Of a stretch of 64,000 bases of DNA, positions 51,237-62,249 are shown piece by piece. Each line of letters begins with the position of its first letter. Positions within the stretch are counted from its first letter, which is position 1. The notes below the pieces were generated by a model. The model saw only the letters and a program-made list of their open reading frames with translations. It was not told the DNA's origin and searched no databases. This stretch comes from Nitrospirota bacterium (GTDB lineage: Bacteria; Nitrospirota; JACRHJ01): contig CAVTDB010000002.1 of NCBI GenBank assembly GCA_963733375.1, positions 32,390 through 96,389 on the forward strand, written 5' to 3'. Position numbers and translations under genes: made by a program.

Positions 51237-51512
51237 ATGGCAATGCAGTACGAAGACCTGCCGGTATCATACCTGCCGGAAATTTACCGCGACGTGGTGG
51301 ACAAAGTGGGGCTCAAGGCGGCCCTTGCCCTGGGCGAGGAGTTCGGGGGGATGTCGCTCTACCTCCCGAAGATCGAGACGGCTCTGAGGAAGTGGCGCGA
51401 CCAGAACATCAAGGTCGAGTTCGACGGGACGAACGTCGTGAAACTGGCCCGGAAATACAGGATAACGCCTTCCAGGATAAGGCAGATACTGGTCGCGCAA
51501 AAGGAAAAATAA
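51237..51512 (+). CDS. Mor/C-family transcription activator
   Basis: FGGMSLYLPK, RDQNI..EFDG.N...LARKY.IT...IRQI; own TTGACA-N17-TAAGCT promoter at 51156-51184. Confidence 0.88.
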   Translation: MAMQYEDLPVSYLPEIYRDVVDKVGLKAALALGEEFGGMSLYLPKIETALRKWRDQNIKVEFDGTNVVKLARKYRITPSRIRQILVAQKEK

Positions 51513-51568
51513 CTTGACAAATTTGGGGCCCTAACCTATGATTCTGGTTAGTTTCCGGGGCCCTGAAA

Positions 51569-52543
51569 ATGACAATTACCGACGTATTCGAGAGCTACAA
51601 AAGCGATTTAACCCTTGTCGAGTCCCAGATACAGGTGGGTCTTCAGTCCAAGGCTTACCTCATCAGGCAGGTGGGCAATTATCTCCTCCAGGGTGGAGGC
51701 AAGAGAATACGACCCCTTCTCCTGATGATTTCCGCCAACCTCTGCGGGAACCCCGGCCCGGAAGCGGTCAAGATGGCCGCCATGGTGGAGTTTATCCACA
51801 CCGCGAGCCTCCTGCACGACGACGTGGTGGACGGGGCGGAGGTCCGCCGGGGCAAGACCGCGGCAAATAACCTCTGGGGGAACCCGGCCGTCGTCTTAAT
51901 CGGAGATTTCCTGTACTCAAAGGCCCTGCACGACTCGGTGGCCCTTGAGAACCAGGGCGTCCTGGAGTCCATATCTTTCGCTACCCAGACGATGTCCGAG
52001 GGAGAGGTGCTCCAGCTCCTGAAAGCGGGCGACCCGGATATTACCGAAGAAGAGTATATGGAAGTAATCGAGGCGAAGACCGCGGCCCTCATATCCTCCG
52101 CCTGCAGGATAGGCGCGGTGCTGGGCGGGATGCCTCCGGAGAAGGAAGAGGCGCTGGCGGGATACGGCATGGACGTGGGCCGCGCCTTTCAGCTTTTAGA
52201 CGACACGCTTGATTATACCGCGAAAGAGGACAAGCTGGGCAAAGCCCTCGGCAAGGACCTGGGAGAGGGGAAGCTTACCCTGCCGCTCATCCACCTGGTC
52301 CGCAGCTGCCCCCCCGAGGAGACGGCAAGGATAAGGAAGATAATAAAGGAACAGTCCCAGAAGAAGGAAGACCTGGAATATATCCTCTCCCTGATGCGCG
52401 CCTGCCGCTCCACCGAATACGCGGTTGACCGGGCTTTAAGCTACATAGAACGCGCGAAAGCAAGGCTCTCGGTCTTCCCCGCCTCCCCTCACAAGGACGC
52501 GCTCTACGCCGTCGCCGATTACGTGGTTGAAAGAGAGATGTAA
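51569..52543 (+). CDS. ispB: Polyprenyl diphosphate synthase
   Basis: GGKRIRP, HTASLLHDDVVD, AFQLLDDTLD. Confidence 0.92.
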   Translation: MTITDVFESYKSDLTLVESQIQVGLQSKAYLIRQVGNYLLQGGGKRIRPLLLMISANLCGNPGPEAVKMAAMVEFIHTASLLHDDVVDGAEVRRGKTAANNLWGNPAVVLIGDFLYSKALHDSVALENQGVLESISFATQTMSEGEVLQLLKAGDPDITEEEYMEVIEAKTAALISSACRIGAVLGGMPPEKEEALAGYGMDVGRAFQLLDDTLDYTAKEDKLGKALGKDLGEGKLTLPLIHLVRSCPPEETARIRKIIKEQSQKKEDLEYILSLMRACRSTEYAVDRALSYIERAKARLSVFPASPHKDALYAVADYVVEREM

Positions 52544-52546
52544 GGA

Positions 52547-53081
52547 ATGGAGTCCTGCCATAACCGCCACGGGCACCACCCGCTGGTGAAGCTCGCGATA
52601 GAAGCCATAGAAACATATATAAAGGAACGCCGGGTAATAGAGCCCCCCGAAGAGGCAACCCCCGAAATGGCCGACAAGGCCGGGGTATTCGTCTGCCTGA
52701 AAAAGGACGGCGAGCTGCGGGGCTGCATCGGGACGTTTTTACCTACCGCTGAAAATGTCGCCGCCGAGATAATAAAAAATTCTATATCCGCCGCCACGGA
52801 GGACCCGCGTTTTAACTGCGTGGACTCGCGGCGAACTCGAATGCCTCGACTACTCCGTGGACGTGCTGTCCGCCCCGGAGCCGGTAAAGAGCCTCTCTGA
52901 GCTTGACCCGAAAAAATACGGCGTCATCGTCTCCTCCGGCGGCAGGCGGGGCCTTCTGCTCCCGGACTTAGACGGCGTGGACACGGTAGATATGCAGGTA
53001 TCAATAGCCAAGCGCAAGGCAGGGATTGGTTTAACGGAGCCGGTGACGCTTCACCGGTTCGAAGTAAGGAGATACGAGTAA
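52547..53081 (+). CDS. amrA: AmmeMemoRadiSam protein A (AMMECR1-like), frameshifted
   Basis: [29 protein letters not shown]. Confidence 0.88.
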
Positions 53082-53082
53082 T

Positions 53083-53656
53083 ATGGAAGAGAATTCCGCG
53101 GAAGCTTTAAAAGCGGATGGGGCGGGCGAAAATGTCCGCCCTTTTGATTTGGCGCGGGGCGGGCATGAGGAAAAAACGCCGGGCCATGAGGAAAAAACGG
53201 CGGGCCGCCGTGCGTTTCTCAAAATTGGCATTTTTGGCGCGGCGGGGATAATCGCCTCCACGGCAATTTATCCGCTGGTCGGGCTGGCGGAGCGCAGTAC
53301 GCCCCCGAAACCGATAATGTTCGCGGACGCGCTGCTGCTTTCAGATATGCCGGAGGTCGGCGTTAAAAAGATAGCGCTGTACTTTACCCCGGCGGGCCAA
53401 AGCGGACGCGCGCGTATTTGTCAAACGCGGTCCGGACGGGAAGCTCACCGCATTCTCCGCCGTCTGCACGCACCTGGGCTGCGTCGTGAACTACGACCGT
53501 CTGAAAGACCAGTTCATCTGCCCCTGCCACGGCGGGATATACGACGGCAACGGAAAGAACATCGCCGGCCCGCCGCCGACGCCGCTCACGAAGCTCCCGG
53601 TGCAAATCGTGGGCGAGTACATCCAGGTGGGGATAGAGAAGCCGTCCTCCTTCTAA
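53083..53656 (+). CDS. Tat-exported Rieske [2Fe-2S] protein (frameshift near 53400)
   Basis: GRRAFLK Tat motif; CTHLGC and CPCHGG boxes in the shifted frame. Confidence 0.9.
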
Positions 53657-53682
53657 AACATAACGAGGAATGTCAGGTTTCT

Positions 53683-54339
53683 ATGAGTAATCTGCTTTCC
53701 ACGATCAACCAGCGCCTCAGCCTCAGGCGGCACTACCGCCGGATATTCGAGCGGCCGCTGCCGAAGGGCGTGACGTATTTCTACTGCCTCGGCGGCATCG
53801 CTTTCTTCTTCCTCTTAATCCTCACCTTCACCGGCGTCGTCCTCTCGTTCTATTACGTCCCCTCAGGCCACGAGGCGTACTCCACCCTGCGCTTCATAGA
53901 CGACAAACTGCCCGGCGGATGGCTGATGCGCTCCATGCACGTCTGGGCGGCTTCCGGCATGGTCGCGGCGGTGCTTTTGCACATGATACGCGTTTACCTG
54001 ACCGGCTCGTATAAGCCGCCGCGCGAATTCAACTGGGTCGTAGGCTCTACGTTATTCGTCCTCACGATGGCCTTCGGGTTCTCAGGGTATCTGCTGCCGT
54101 GGGGCCAGAAGGCGTACTGGGCCACCACCGTCGGCACGGCCATGCCCCGCACAATCCCCGTCGTCGGCAATTTCATAATGCAGCTACTGCGCGGCGGCCC
54201 CGACGTGACGGGCATAACGCTTCTGCGGTTCTACGTCATGCACGTGTACATCCTGCCGGTAATTTCCATATTTCTATTATGGGCGCATTTTCATATGATT
54301 CGCAGGCAGGGGATTTCGGGGGGATTAATTAATGGATAA
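53683..54339 (+). CDS. petB: Cytochrome b6-type N-terminal subunit
   Basis: YCLGG, SMHVWAAS, LHMIR, YKPPREFNW, GYLLPW, RFYVMH, HFHMIR.QGIS. Confidence 0.9.
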   Translation: MSNLLSTINQRLSLRRHYRRIFERPLPKGVTYFYCLGGIAFFFLLILTFTGVVLSFYYVPSGHEAYSTLRFIDDKLPGGWLMRSMHVWAASGMVAAVLLHMIRVYLTGSYKPPREFNWVVGSTLFVLTMAFGFSGYLLPWGQKAYWATTVGTAMPRTIPVVGNFIMQLLRGGPDVTGITLLRFYVMHVYILPVISIFLLWAHFHMIRRQGISGGLING

Positions 54340-55320
54340 GAAAAATTCGAACGAGATTTTCAAAGACGAGGATGAGATTTCTTCAATAACAATAAACGGA
54401 GAAGCAATCATTCCGATGATGGTGAAGTTTGGTTTTGTCCTAAAGGGCTACTTCGTGGAATACAAGTTGATGAACTGCCGGAAAATGTAGAATTTGAATT
54501 ATGTAACAGAATTGAAAACGGCACAGTGATCATGGACTCTGTACCCTTAAGACTTTGCAGAATTGAAAAAAATAAAATTAGATTTACCATTGAAGATTCT
54601 GGGACACGAAAATATTGGAATGGCAAATTTGGATTTGGAGAGGTTATGTTAACCAAACGAGCAATGATCGAAGAACGTACTAAAGAAGTTGGTGATATTA
54701 AATTTATATCTTTTGAAGATGACGGAGCTGATATTTGCCTCTTATAGGGACTATTATTGAGGCAGAATATTGTGAAACAGCTATAGAATTAGCCGAACAA
54801 GAGGATTGGCGAAATAGATGGAGCAGTTGAAGTTAGATTAGGCGGTGAATTATTTGAAATCGGCATTGGCGGTTAATGAACAGGAATTGATAATTCATTG
54901 CCGTGCTTGCCTAAAGTTGCTTCGGAAATTGGGTTTTCATAACGTTAGATATAACCACGGCCAGAAGAAAATAAAGACAAAGAGTATAGTTTTTGCAAGA
55001 CAGTCTCAGTATATTGGGGGACTAAGAACATTGGGCGGCTCAAGTTAAAATGGCGATATCAGGGGAGGAGTTAATGAGAGATAGATACAATATTAGGACA
55101 AATTGAAAGATACATTTAAAATGCCTCTCTAGTGATATATATACTCGTGGAAAGCTAAAGAAGTATCAAAGATGGCATTACATAATTTCAGGAAGGTTTA
55201 CGGAAAATGCTATTCGAAGGATATTATTGAAAAAATATGGAAAGGAATTCATTGAAAAAAAATAGTGAATTTATGGATGGCGAAAGAATCCAAACTTTAA
55301 TTGAACGTATTGAAAAATGA
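54332..55320 (+). CDS. AT-rich inserted gene, putative restriction-endonuclease-like protein (multiple frameshifts; possibly a pseudogene)
   Basis: Abrupt AT-rich composition; fragments LLRKLGFHNVRYNHG, IVFA, WAAQVK, IISGRFTENA, FMDGERIQTLIERIEK. Confidence 0.5.
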
Positions 55321-55695
55321 AAAAGCCAAAAGAAATTCTACCCCGACTACCTATTCGAGATTCTGCTCGTTTGCCTCTTCGTTTTGGAAGGGACGCTGGT
55401 AATCTCGTATTTTTTTCCGCCGGTGACGGCGAGGCCGATAGACTTCTCGCAGAACTATACGCCGCTCCCGGAATGGTACTTCCTCGCTCTGTACCAGATG
55501 TTTAAATACTTCCCCGGAAGGCTCGCGTTCCTTGGCGTCGCGGTGATTCCGGCGGCCGTGGTGTTCCTGATTTTCGCGTTGCCATTTTTAGAAAAGACTC
55601 CTTCCCGGAGGCTCCGGGACAGAATACCTTCCGCGCTCGTCGCGGCCTTCCTGCTTGTGTCCGCCGCCGTCCTGACCGTCCTGTCGTACTTCTAA
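55317..55695 (+). CDS. petD: Cytochrome b6 subunit IV-like (frameshifted)
   Basis: FYPDYL, PLPEWYFLALYQ, LPFLE. Confidence 0.85.
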
Positions 55696-55753
55696 GATTT
55701 CTGGTATACTTATGAGACTTGAAAGAGAACAACCTTTGCAATGGAGGTGCATC

Positions 55754-56077
55754 ATGCCAGTGTATGTAACGCTTTACAAGTTCACGGAGCAGGGCGTCCG
55801 CAACATCAAGGGTTCCCCCAAGCGGGTCGAGAAGATAAAGGAGGAATTCAAAAAGGCCGGGGCGCAGGTCAAGGAGTTCTACGCGCTGATGGGCCAGTTC
55901 GACACCATGATAATCGCGGAGGCGCCGAACGAGGAGGTCATCACGAAGCTGAACCTGATGATAGACGCGACGGGTAACGTGACTTCCCAGACGATGCGCG
56001 CGTTTTGCGAGCATGATTGGAAGAAGATGGTCCAGGAGGCGGTGCCGTTGTCGGCCGAGCTTGCGAAGGCGGCGTAA
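55754..56077 (+). CDS. GYD-domain protein
   Basis: FTEQGVRNIK.SP.R, Y..MGQFD, GNV.SQTMRAF. Confidence 0.88.
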   Translation: MPVYVTLYKFTEQGVRNIKGSPKRVEKIKEEFKKAGAQVKEFYALMGQFDTMIIAEAPNEEVITKLNLMIDATGNVTSQTMRAFCEHDWKKMVQEAVPLSAELAKAA

Positions 56078-56169
56078 GGAATGGGCCGGCGTCAGGGCCA
56101 GCAAACTTTTAAAACTTAAAATAAAAAAGGCCGGACATTTTCCGGCCTTATCTTTATGCCTGCCAGCCC

Positions 56170-56539
56170 CTAGTTCACTGGCCCCCGGCCCCTTCTTCTC
56201 CAACTCCTCCATCCTCAGCTTCAAAAGCGCGACATCCTGGCTAAGCGTCTTGTTGCGCTCGGAGAGCTTCGATATGACCACCGAGAACTGGAGCGCGATG
56301 AGCATGAGGAAGAAAAACGCGATCAGGAAAAACGCGGTCGGGGAGTAGTAAATGCCGAGGAACTTCCCGAAGCCGTCCAGCAGTCCCGGGATTGCGGAGA
56401 CCGCGAGTAGCGCCAGGGCGGTCAGGAGCCAGACCAGGGAATATTTTTCCTTCAGCTTCCTCTGCCGCACGAGCTCGAAAATCAGCGCGAGCAGCCCCAC
56501 GCTTCCGAGGATTGCGAAAAATTCTACCCTCGCATGCAT
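56170..56539 (-). CDS. DUF2304 membrane protein (3' end uncertain)
   Basis: ELVRQRKLKEKYSLVW, LGIYY, SKLSERNKTLSQDVALL. Confidence 0.8.
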
Positions 56540-57262
56540 CGACACCCCTCCAGGTTCAGGCCAGATACAGGCTTCTTCCTGACCAGCCATATAAAAAGCA
56601 CCATCATCACCTTTACCATGTAATAAACGGATTTAAGCGGCGTGATGGAAGAACGGCCGCCTCCCCTGGCCCTCATCTTAACCGGCGCCTCCGATATCTT
56701 AAGCCCCGCCAGGTGGGCCAGCAGCAGGCTCTCCACCTCCGGATAGTCCTCCGGGTATTCCTGGGCGAAAAGGCGGATTATTTTCCTGTTGCACGCCCGA
56801 AAGCCCGAGGTCGGGTCGGTAAGCCTGCCGCCGGTAATCACCGATAGCACACGGGCAAAGGAAGAGATGCCGACCCTCCTCATCGCCGTGGACTTGAAGC
56901 CGTCCCCGCCCAGGAACCGGGAGCCGACCACTATGTCCGCCTTCCCCGCCTTGACCGGCTCGATTATCTTCATCAGCTCGGACGGGTCGTGCTGGCCGTC
57001 TCCGTCCACCTGGGCCGCGATGTCGTACCCGCCCTGCTCGGCAAACCTGTAGCCGGCCTGGACCGCCGCGCCTATCCCCATATTGAAAGGCAGGTTTACC
57101 ACCGCCGCGCCCGCGGCGGATGCGGCTTCGGCAGGTCCCGTCGGCGGAGCCGTCGTTTATGACCACGACATGGGCTTCCGGGATGGCGGCATATATCTCC
57201 GCCACGACCTGCCCTACGGTCGCCTCTTCGTTATATGCGGGTACGATGGCGAGGAACTTCAT
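56524..57262 (-). CDS. GT2 glycosyltransferase (DPM1-like), frameshifted
   Basis: IVPAYNE, INDGS.D, NMGIGAA, VDGDGQH, DPTSGFR. Confidence 0.9.
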
Positions 57263-58228
57263 TTTTTGTCCATTATAAAGAATCGAAAAAAGCCGGCGAG
57301 CATCCCGATACCCCTCGCATAGCTCCTTAAAAAACCTACGGGCGCAAAGAGAGGTACGTCAAATCGTTTTCCCTTGTCGCCATATTTACAGCCCAGGGAA
57401 CCTGCATTGCGAAAAGGGCCGCCGCCGAAATAAGAAACGGGGCGTAGGAAAGCGGGAGGGCCGCGATAAGCGCCAGGCTGAGTAACGAAAGCGGAGGCTC
57501 GATTATGTCTTTCTTCCTTGTGTAGTTGTCACCGCCCCGCATATCCGGGTGGGCCTTATAAAGCTTTATCCGCCAATACCCGTGAGTGTATTGTTCCTTC
57601 AAATATTTTCTCAGCGATACGGTATGGTAATGGCCTACCAGGGCGTCCGGCGCAAAGGCTATCTTAAAGCCCAGCTTCTGCACCCTGTAGCTTAAGTCGT
57701 TGTCCTCGCCCGATGCCATTCTGTAGGATTCGTCAAACCCTCCGGTTTTCTCCAGGATTTCCCTTTTAAGCGCCACATTATACGACCCGAATAACCGGAT
57801 GAACTGCCCGTAGCTTTCGTGCCGCTCCTTGATCTCCCCGTGAAATAAGTTTTGCAGCAGCAAGTCGCCGTTGGCTATATCAGACGGCCGGTCACCGCGC
57901 CCGTTTTTGCGCCATCCGGCGAATTAAATCCGGCCATCAGAGACTCCGCCCATCCGGGCAGGGCACGCAGTCGGGGTGGGTAAATGCGACGAAAGGGGTC
58001 GCGGACGCCCTCCAGCCGGTGTTCCTGGCCGATGCGGGGCCGGCGTTTTTCTGATATATATATTTAACCGCCGGGTATTGCCCTACAGCCTCAGCCGTCC
58101 CGTCTTTTGATCCGTCGTCAACCACTATGATACTATCCTCGGGCATGCCGATAGCGAGGAGCGCGGAGATCCTCCCGGCCTATGGTATTTTCCGCGTTAT
58201 ATGCGGGTATGACTACCGATATCTTCAT
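57259..58228 (-). CDS. GT2 glycosyltransferase with C-terminal TM segment, frameshifted
   Basis: VVIPAYN, VVDDGSKD, GPASARN, GGFDE, GEDNDL. Confidence 0.88.
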
Positions 58229-58708
58229 CTCCCGGCCTTTGATTCTAAAAATTCCTCGATCGCCCCGATTATGCCCTCCCCGGGGCTGTCTATTTTGAGG
58301 ACTGCCGGATGCTCCTTCAGCCGCTTAATCGCCCCCCGCCAGGTCTTCCATGTCATACACGACCTCGACGCCCGGACGCCCTTCAAGCGCCTTCGCAAGC
58401 TCAACCTGCCGGTCGAATTTAAAATGCTCTCCTTTAACCCATCTCGGAACAAGTATCAGCGGCTTGCCAATGCGCCCCACGGCGATGATCGTCCCGATAC
58501 CGACATGGGCGATGACTATGGAGGCATTTCCCATCATCTCCTCGGCCTCTGAAAATGTCAGGAAGTCTTTATAACGCGCGTGGACAGGTTGATAGGCCGA
58601 GGAACCCAACTGTATGAAGACCTCCTCGCCGAGTGTCGGCGCGAGTTTGTCCACGGCCTTTACCAGCCGGTCGAACGGCATCCCCCTGCCAACTGTTACG
58701 AATATCAT
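58225..58708 (-). CDS. PssE/Cps14G (Alg13-like) glycosyltransferase half
   Basis: MIFVTVG...FDRLVK, IAHVG.GTI, ILVPR...EH. Confidence 0.85.
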
Positions 58709-59156
58709 ACGAAGCCGCCCCTGTACCTGGCCTTCGGGCCGTAGTGCTTTAGGAGCGGCTCCCACTGTACGAGGAACATGTCCGCCAGGTGGTATGTAAT
58801 CCGCCCGGTCATCGAGGGGTGGAACACCTGGTTACAACATTCGACGTAAACGAGCGGACGACGGAAGAAAACTCTGGTCAGCACGAATGCGGGTATTGAC
58901 ACCTCCGCCCCGGTGGATATCACCACGTCCGGCTTCTCGTCCCTCAGTATCTTGAATATCTGCCAGAACGTGATGAAGACGCGAAGCGGGTTCCTCAAGA
59001 AACTCTTTACCCGGGTATACCCTGTAGTCTTTCACATTGACTTCCCTGTCCGAGTCCGTGATAAAGAATACCTCGTGCTTGTCTGACAGTCCTTCGGCCA
59101 GAATAGTCCCTTCCATGAGGTGTCCGCCCTGGCTGGGTGACGTAACATAACTTCAT
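58705..59156 (-). CDS. PssD/Cps14F (Alg14-like) glycosyltransferase half
   Basis: GGHL, EKPDVVISTGA, YVE, SMTG, FLVQW. Confidence 0.85.
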
Positions 59157-60027
59157 AACCACCTACTTCGCATCGGGTTTCTTCCGTGCCGCGACAAACA
59201 AGTTACTCTCCCATGCCGCACGCAACGAGCGCACGCCGTGTGAATCGTCATCGCCTTCCTCGCAACATCCGGCAGGCATAACGGCGCATAATCCATACTC
59301 TCGATTACCATGTCTTCTATTTCGAAACCGTGTTTCTCCAGCAGGATGACCATGCTTTCTTTCGAAAAGAAATTCAGGTGCTGTCCCGAGCCGTGGCCAT
59401 ACCAGTGCGTCCTCAACAGCTGCGGCATCAGCCCGAATATGTACGGCACCGCCAGGAGGACGTATCCTCCGGGCTTAGTTATCCGGACCACGTTCCTCAT
59501 GAAACCGTCCAGTTTCGTCAAGATGCTCCAGCACGGCGTTCATAGTGACCAGGTCGTACGAGCCGTCAGCATAACAAGGGTCGCCAATTTCCCGGTCATG
59601 CACGATAAACCCCGCCTCGCGCATTGCCCGAAGGATGCCCGCATTAAGCTCGACGCCCTCGGGGGATAGGCCGAGGGAAGCCGAAATCTTCATCAGGTGT
59701 CCGCTCCCGCAGCCAATGTCCAGGTGACGCCCCTTTATCCCGAGCTTCTTGATATAGCGCGCATACGTTCTGAAATTTTTAAAGTAGTCCTTGTATTCCC
59801 GCGACTCGAAGTCTATTTTTTTTATGCTGGGTTGTAGCATTTGGTCAACCCCTCCTCGTCGTATATATCGTACTTGGTTTGCTCGTTGTACGGAAGCGGC
59901 CTGGGACGGACCAGCTTGCATCCGAGGCATTTGCAAAGAGGATATTTTTTCTTGTCATAGCGCGAAGGGACGCTGAAAAGGTAACCCTTTTTAAAGCGGT
60001 CCCGCCGCAGACCGGGCAGTTATCCAT
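59153..60027 (-). CDS. Class I SAM methyltransferase with N-terminal Cys motif (frameshifted)
   Basis: CPVCG, LDIGCGSG, VLEH, KPGG, QHLNFF. Confidence 0.8.
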
Positions 60028-61023
60028 GCCTACTCCCTCGCCCGGCGCAAGTCCGGGTTTGTCGCCGCGTAACTGAGGAACGCACAGCCCTGAAAAAAAC
60101 AGCCTGGCAGCCACTATCAGCGCGCCCACTTCGCCCTTGAAGCCGAAATGCCCTAGAACAAGGGCAAAACTCAAGTCCGCCACTCCGAGCCCGCCGGGTA
60201 TGGGCTTGAGTGCTGCCGCCAGGGAATAGACCATAATCGAGGCGACTGTTATAAGCAGGCCTGTATGCACGTTCATCATCCTGAAGAGCGCAACCCAGCA
60301 GGCCATGTCAAGCGCCCAGCACACAAACGTCAGGAAGAGGTTGTAAAGAGAGAACCGGACGGGTGTGGTAGCTCCCGGTGGCCTTATAGTACTCGTCCAG
60401 CCCGCCCGTCAGCCCTTGAAGAAAACGCCTGAGCCGGGCTGCTATTTTCCGTCCTCCAATAATTACAAGTACTGCGTCCGCCCATCCGTAAACCCTCTCG
60501 CCCGCCTTCCGCACCACAAGAAAAAAAACGAATATGCCGAGCGCCGCGAATATCCCCCGCCAGCACGAAGCCGGAGCGCATGCCCCAGAACGTCCCGTAA
60601 AAAATAAAGAAGACGGCGGTGAAGACCATAAGGCTCTGAAAGGTTTCTATCACCCTGTCGTAAAGTATTATGGAGAGGGAGGTTGCCCTGCTTGTTGCCG
60701 CGGAGGAATGCCGGAACGCCGCCGCTGCTCCTCATGGGCGAGACCATCCCCCAGAAGCTGCTGGAGAAGTAGGCCGAGCTGAGTTCGGAGAAGGTCAAAG
60801 GAGAGCGCATCCTGTCCCGCATCAAGGTCCATTTGTATATCCGGAGATACGCGGACAACAAATAAAATACGACGGTTACGAGTAGCCAGCCCGGCCGGAC
60901 GCAGGAGAGGGCGTGCCATGTTTCTTTCAGCCCGAGAGAATATAATACTCCCACGAATATCAACGCGCCCGCCGCGAGGGCGGCCAGGTTCGCCCAGCTT
61001 TTAAACCGTCGTGACGCGCTCAT
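60020..61023 (-). CDS. Lysylphosphatidylglycerol synthase TM/flippase-like membrane protein (frameshifted)
   Basis: Multiple TM helices, R..KW, P.PGGLGV.D. Confidence 0.75.
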
Positions 61024-61036
61024 CGTTTTGCAGGCC
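61000..61036. repeat. 37-bp direct repeat, copy A
   Basis: tttaaaccgtcgtgacgcgctcatcgttttgcaggcc; 35/37 identical to 61583-61619. Confidence 0.9.
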
Positions 61037-61568
61037 TCTCCTTTTTATAACCTTTGCCGGGACGCCTACAGCAACGCTCATGGGCGGTATTTCACCTGAT
61101 ACTACAGCGCCAGCGCCTATAACGCTACCCTTTCCGATTCTGGCTCCTGGAAGCACTATAACCCTATAACCAAGCCATACATCGTCTTCAATTACCACCT
61201 TTTCATAGACTGTCTTCTGTAATTTTATGGGCTTATCCAAGTCGTTATAGAGATGTTGCCCGGTTACTATTGCACATTCCCGTGACATCATAACATTTTT
61301 GCCGATAGAAACATCCGCGTGCGCATAGATACGACAACCTTCATAAATCTCAGACCCGTCGCCTATCTCTATTCGACTACCGTATGCGTTGATATAACTC
61401 TTGGCTATGATTATGCTTTTCCTGGATTTTAACTTTGCCAGCAATTCGCGCCAGTGGAGGTGGATCACTCAACCGTATCTCACCATCTTTGACAAGATCG
61501 AGTATGGGTGAAAATACGGTCATGCTATTCATTATGAATCCGGGTACGCTTCTTCGGAGAACACCCAT
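61001..61568 (-). CDS. Hexapeptide-repeat (LbH) O-acyltransferase, AT-rich
   Basis: IEDDVWLG..VIVLPGARIGKGSVIGAGAVV, GVPAKVI. Confidence 0.88.
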
Positions 61569-61579
61569 ATACCCTCCGG

Positions 61580-62249
61580 TTATTTAAACCGTCTTGCCGC
61601 GCTCATCGTTTTGCAGGCCCCGTTCAAGACTTCTTGGCCCTTATCATTATGCACATGCCAAGGAAGTACAGCCGCCAGAAAGTCGGATTTGATTACCGGG
61701 AACGAAACGGCGCGGCATGACTCCACGGTAAAACCCGCTTTCTTCAATATCGCCATCCAGCCCCAGGGCGTGTGCGCGTGGAGATGGAATTTGTTGCGCC
61801 CGAGTATCTTCGCGTTTATGATGTCGTACCAGTTCGGGACTGTCACAACCATGCGCCCGCCAGGCGCCATCAGCGCGTACAGCTCGGCGAGCACGGCGGC
61901 AGGGGTCCGGCAGGTGCTCCAAAATACGTCCAGGCAGGCGACCCAGTCGAACCCGCCCGGGACATCCGGCATCCCGCCATCGTATTTATATATAACGGCT
62001 TTATCTCCGAGCCTTTTCCGAAGTTGTCTCGATAGCCTCGTCGGTCACGTCAATGCCGGCAAGGGTTTCGAATTTGCCTTCCATGCGGCTCAGGAACTCG
62101 CCCTCTCCGAAGTCGCAATCCAGGAGCGCGCGGCCTCCCCCTATAGCCTCAGTCACCATCCTCATCTTCTTATACATGAGGTGACCCGGATTTGCATAAG
62201 CCTCCTGAAGCTCTTTATATCTGTCGAATTCCGGCTGCGCCTTAGTCAT
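61580..62249 (-). CDS. Class I SAM methyltransferase (frameshifted)
   Basis: LLD..GEG, FDWVACLDV.EH, PGGRMVVTVPN. Confidence 0.8.
61583..61619. repeat. 37-bp direct repeat, copy B
   Basis: tttaaaccgtcttgccgcgctcatcgttttgcaggcc. Confidence 0.9.

Noticed and set aside
50700-51520. Prophage or island integrated at tRNA-Ser
   Set aside because: No integrase, no duplicated tRNA 3' end in the window, and housekeeping genes on both sides.
53161-53206. 21-nt tandem duplication (GHEEKTP/GHEEKTA) in the Rieske leader
   Set aside because: Short in-frame slippage in a disordered pre-Tat segment; no evidence of function.
53083-54339. Rieske-cytochrome b fusion (418-aa ORF)
   Set aside because: The Rieske boxes are in another frame with their own stop at 53656; the fusion is a frameshift artefact.
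55502-56590. 362-aa extended DUF2304 protein
   Set aside because: It reads through a terminator and antisense across the GYD gene and petD; the stop was probably lost to an indel.
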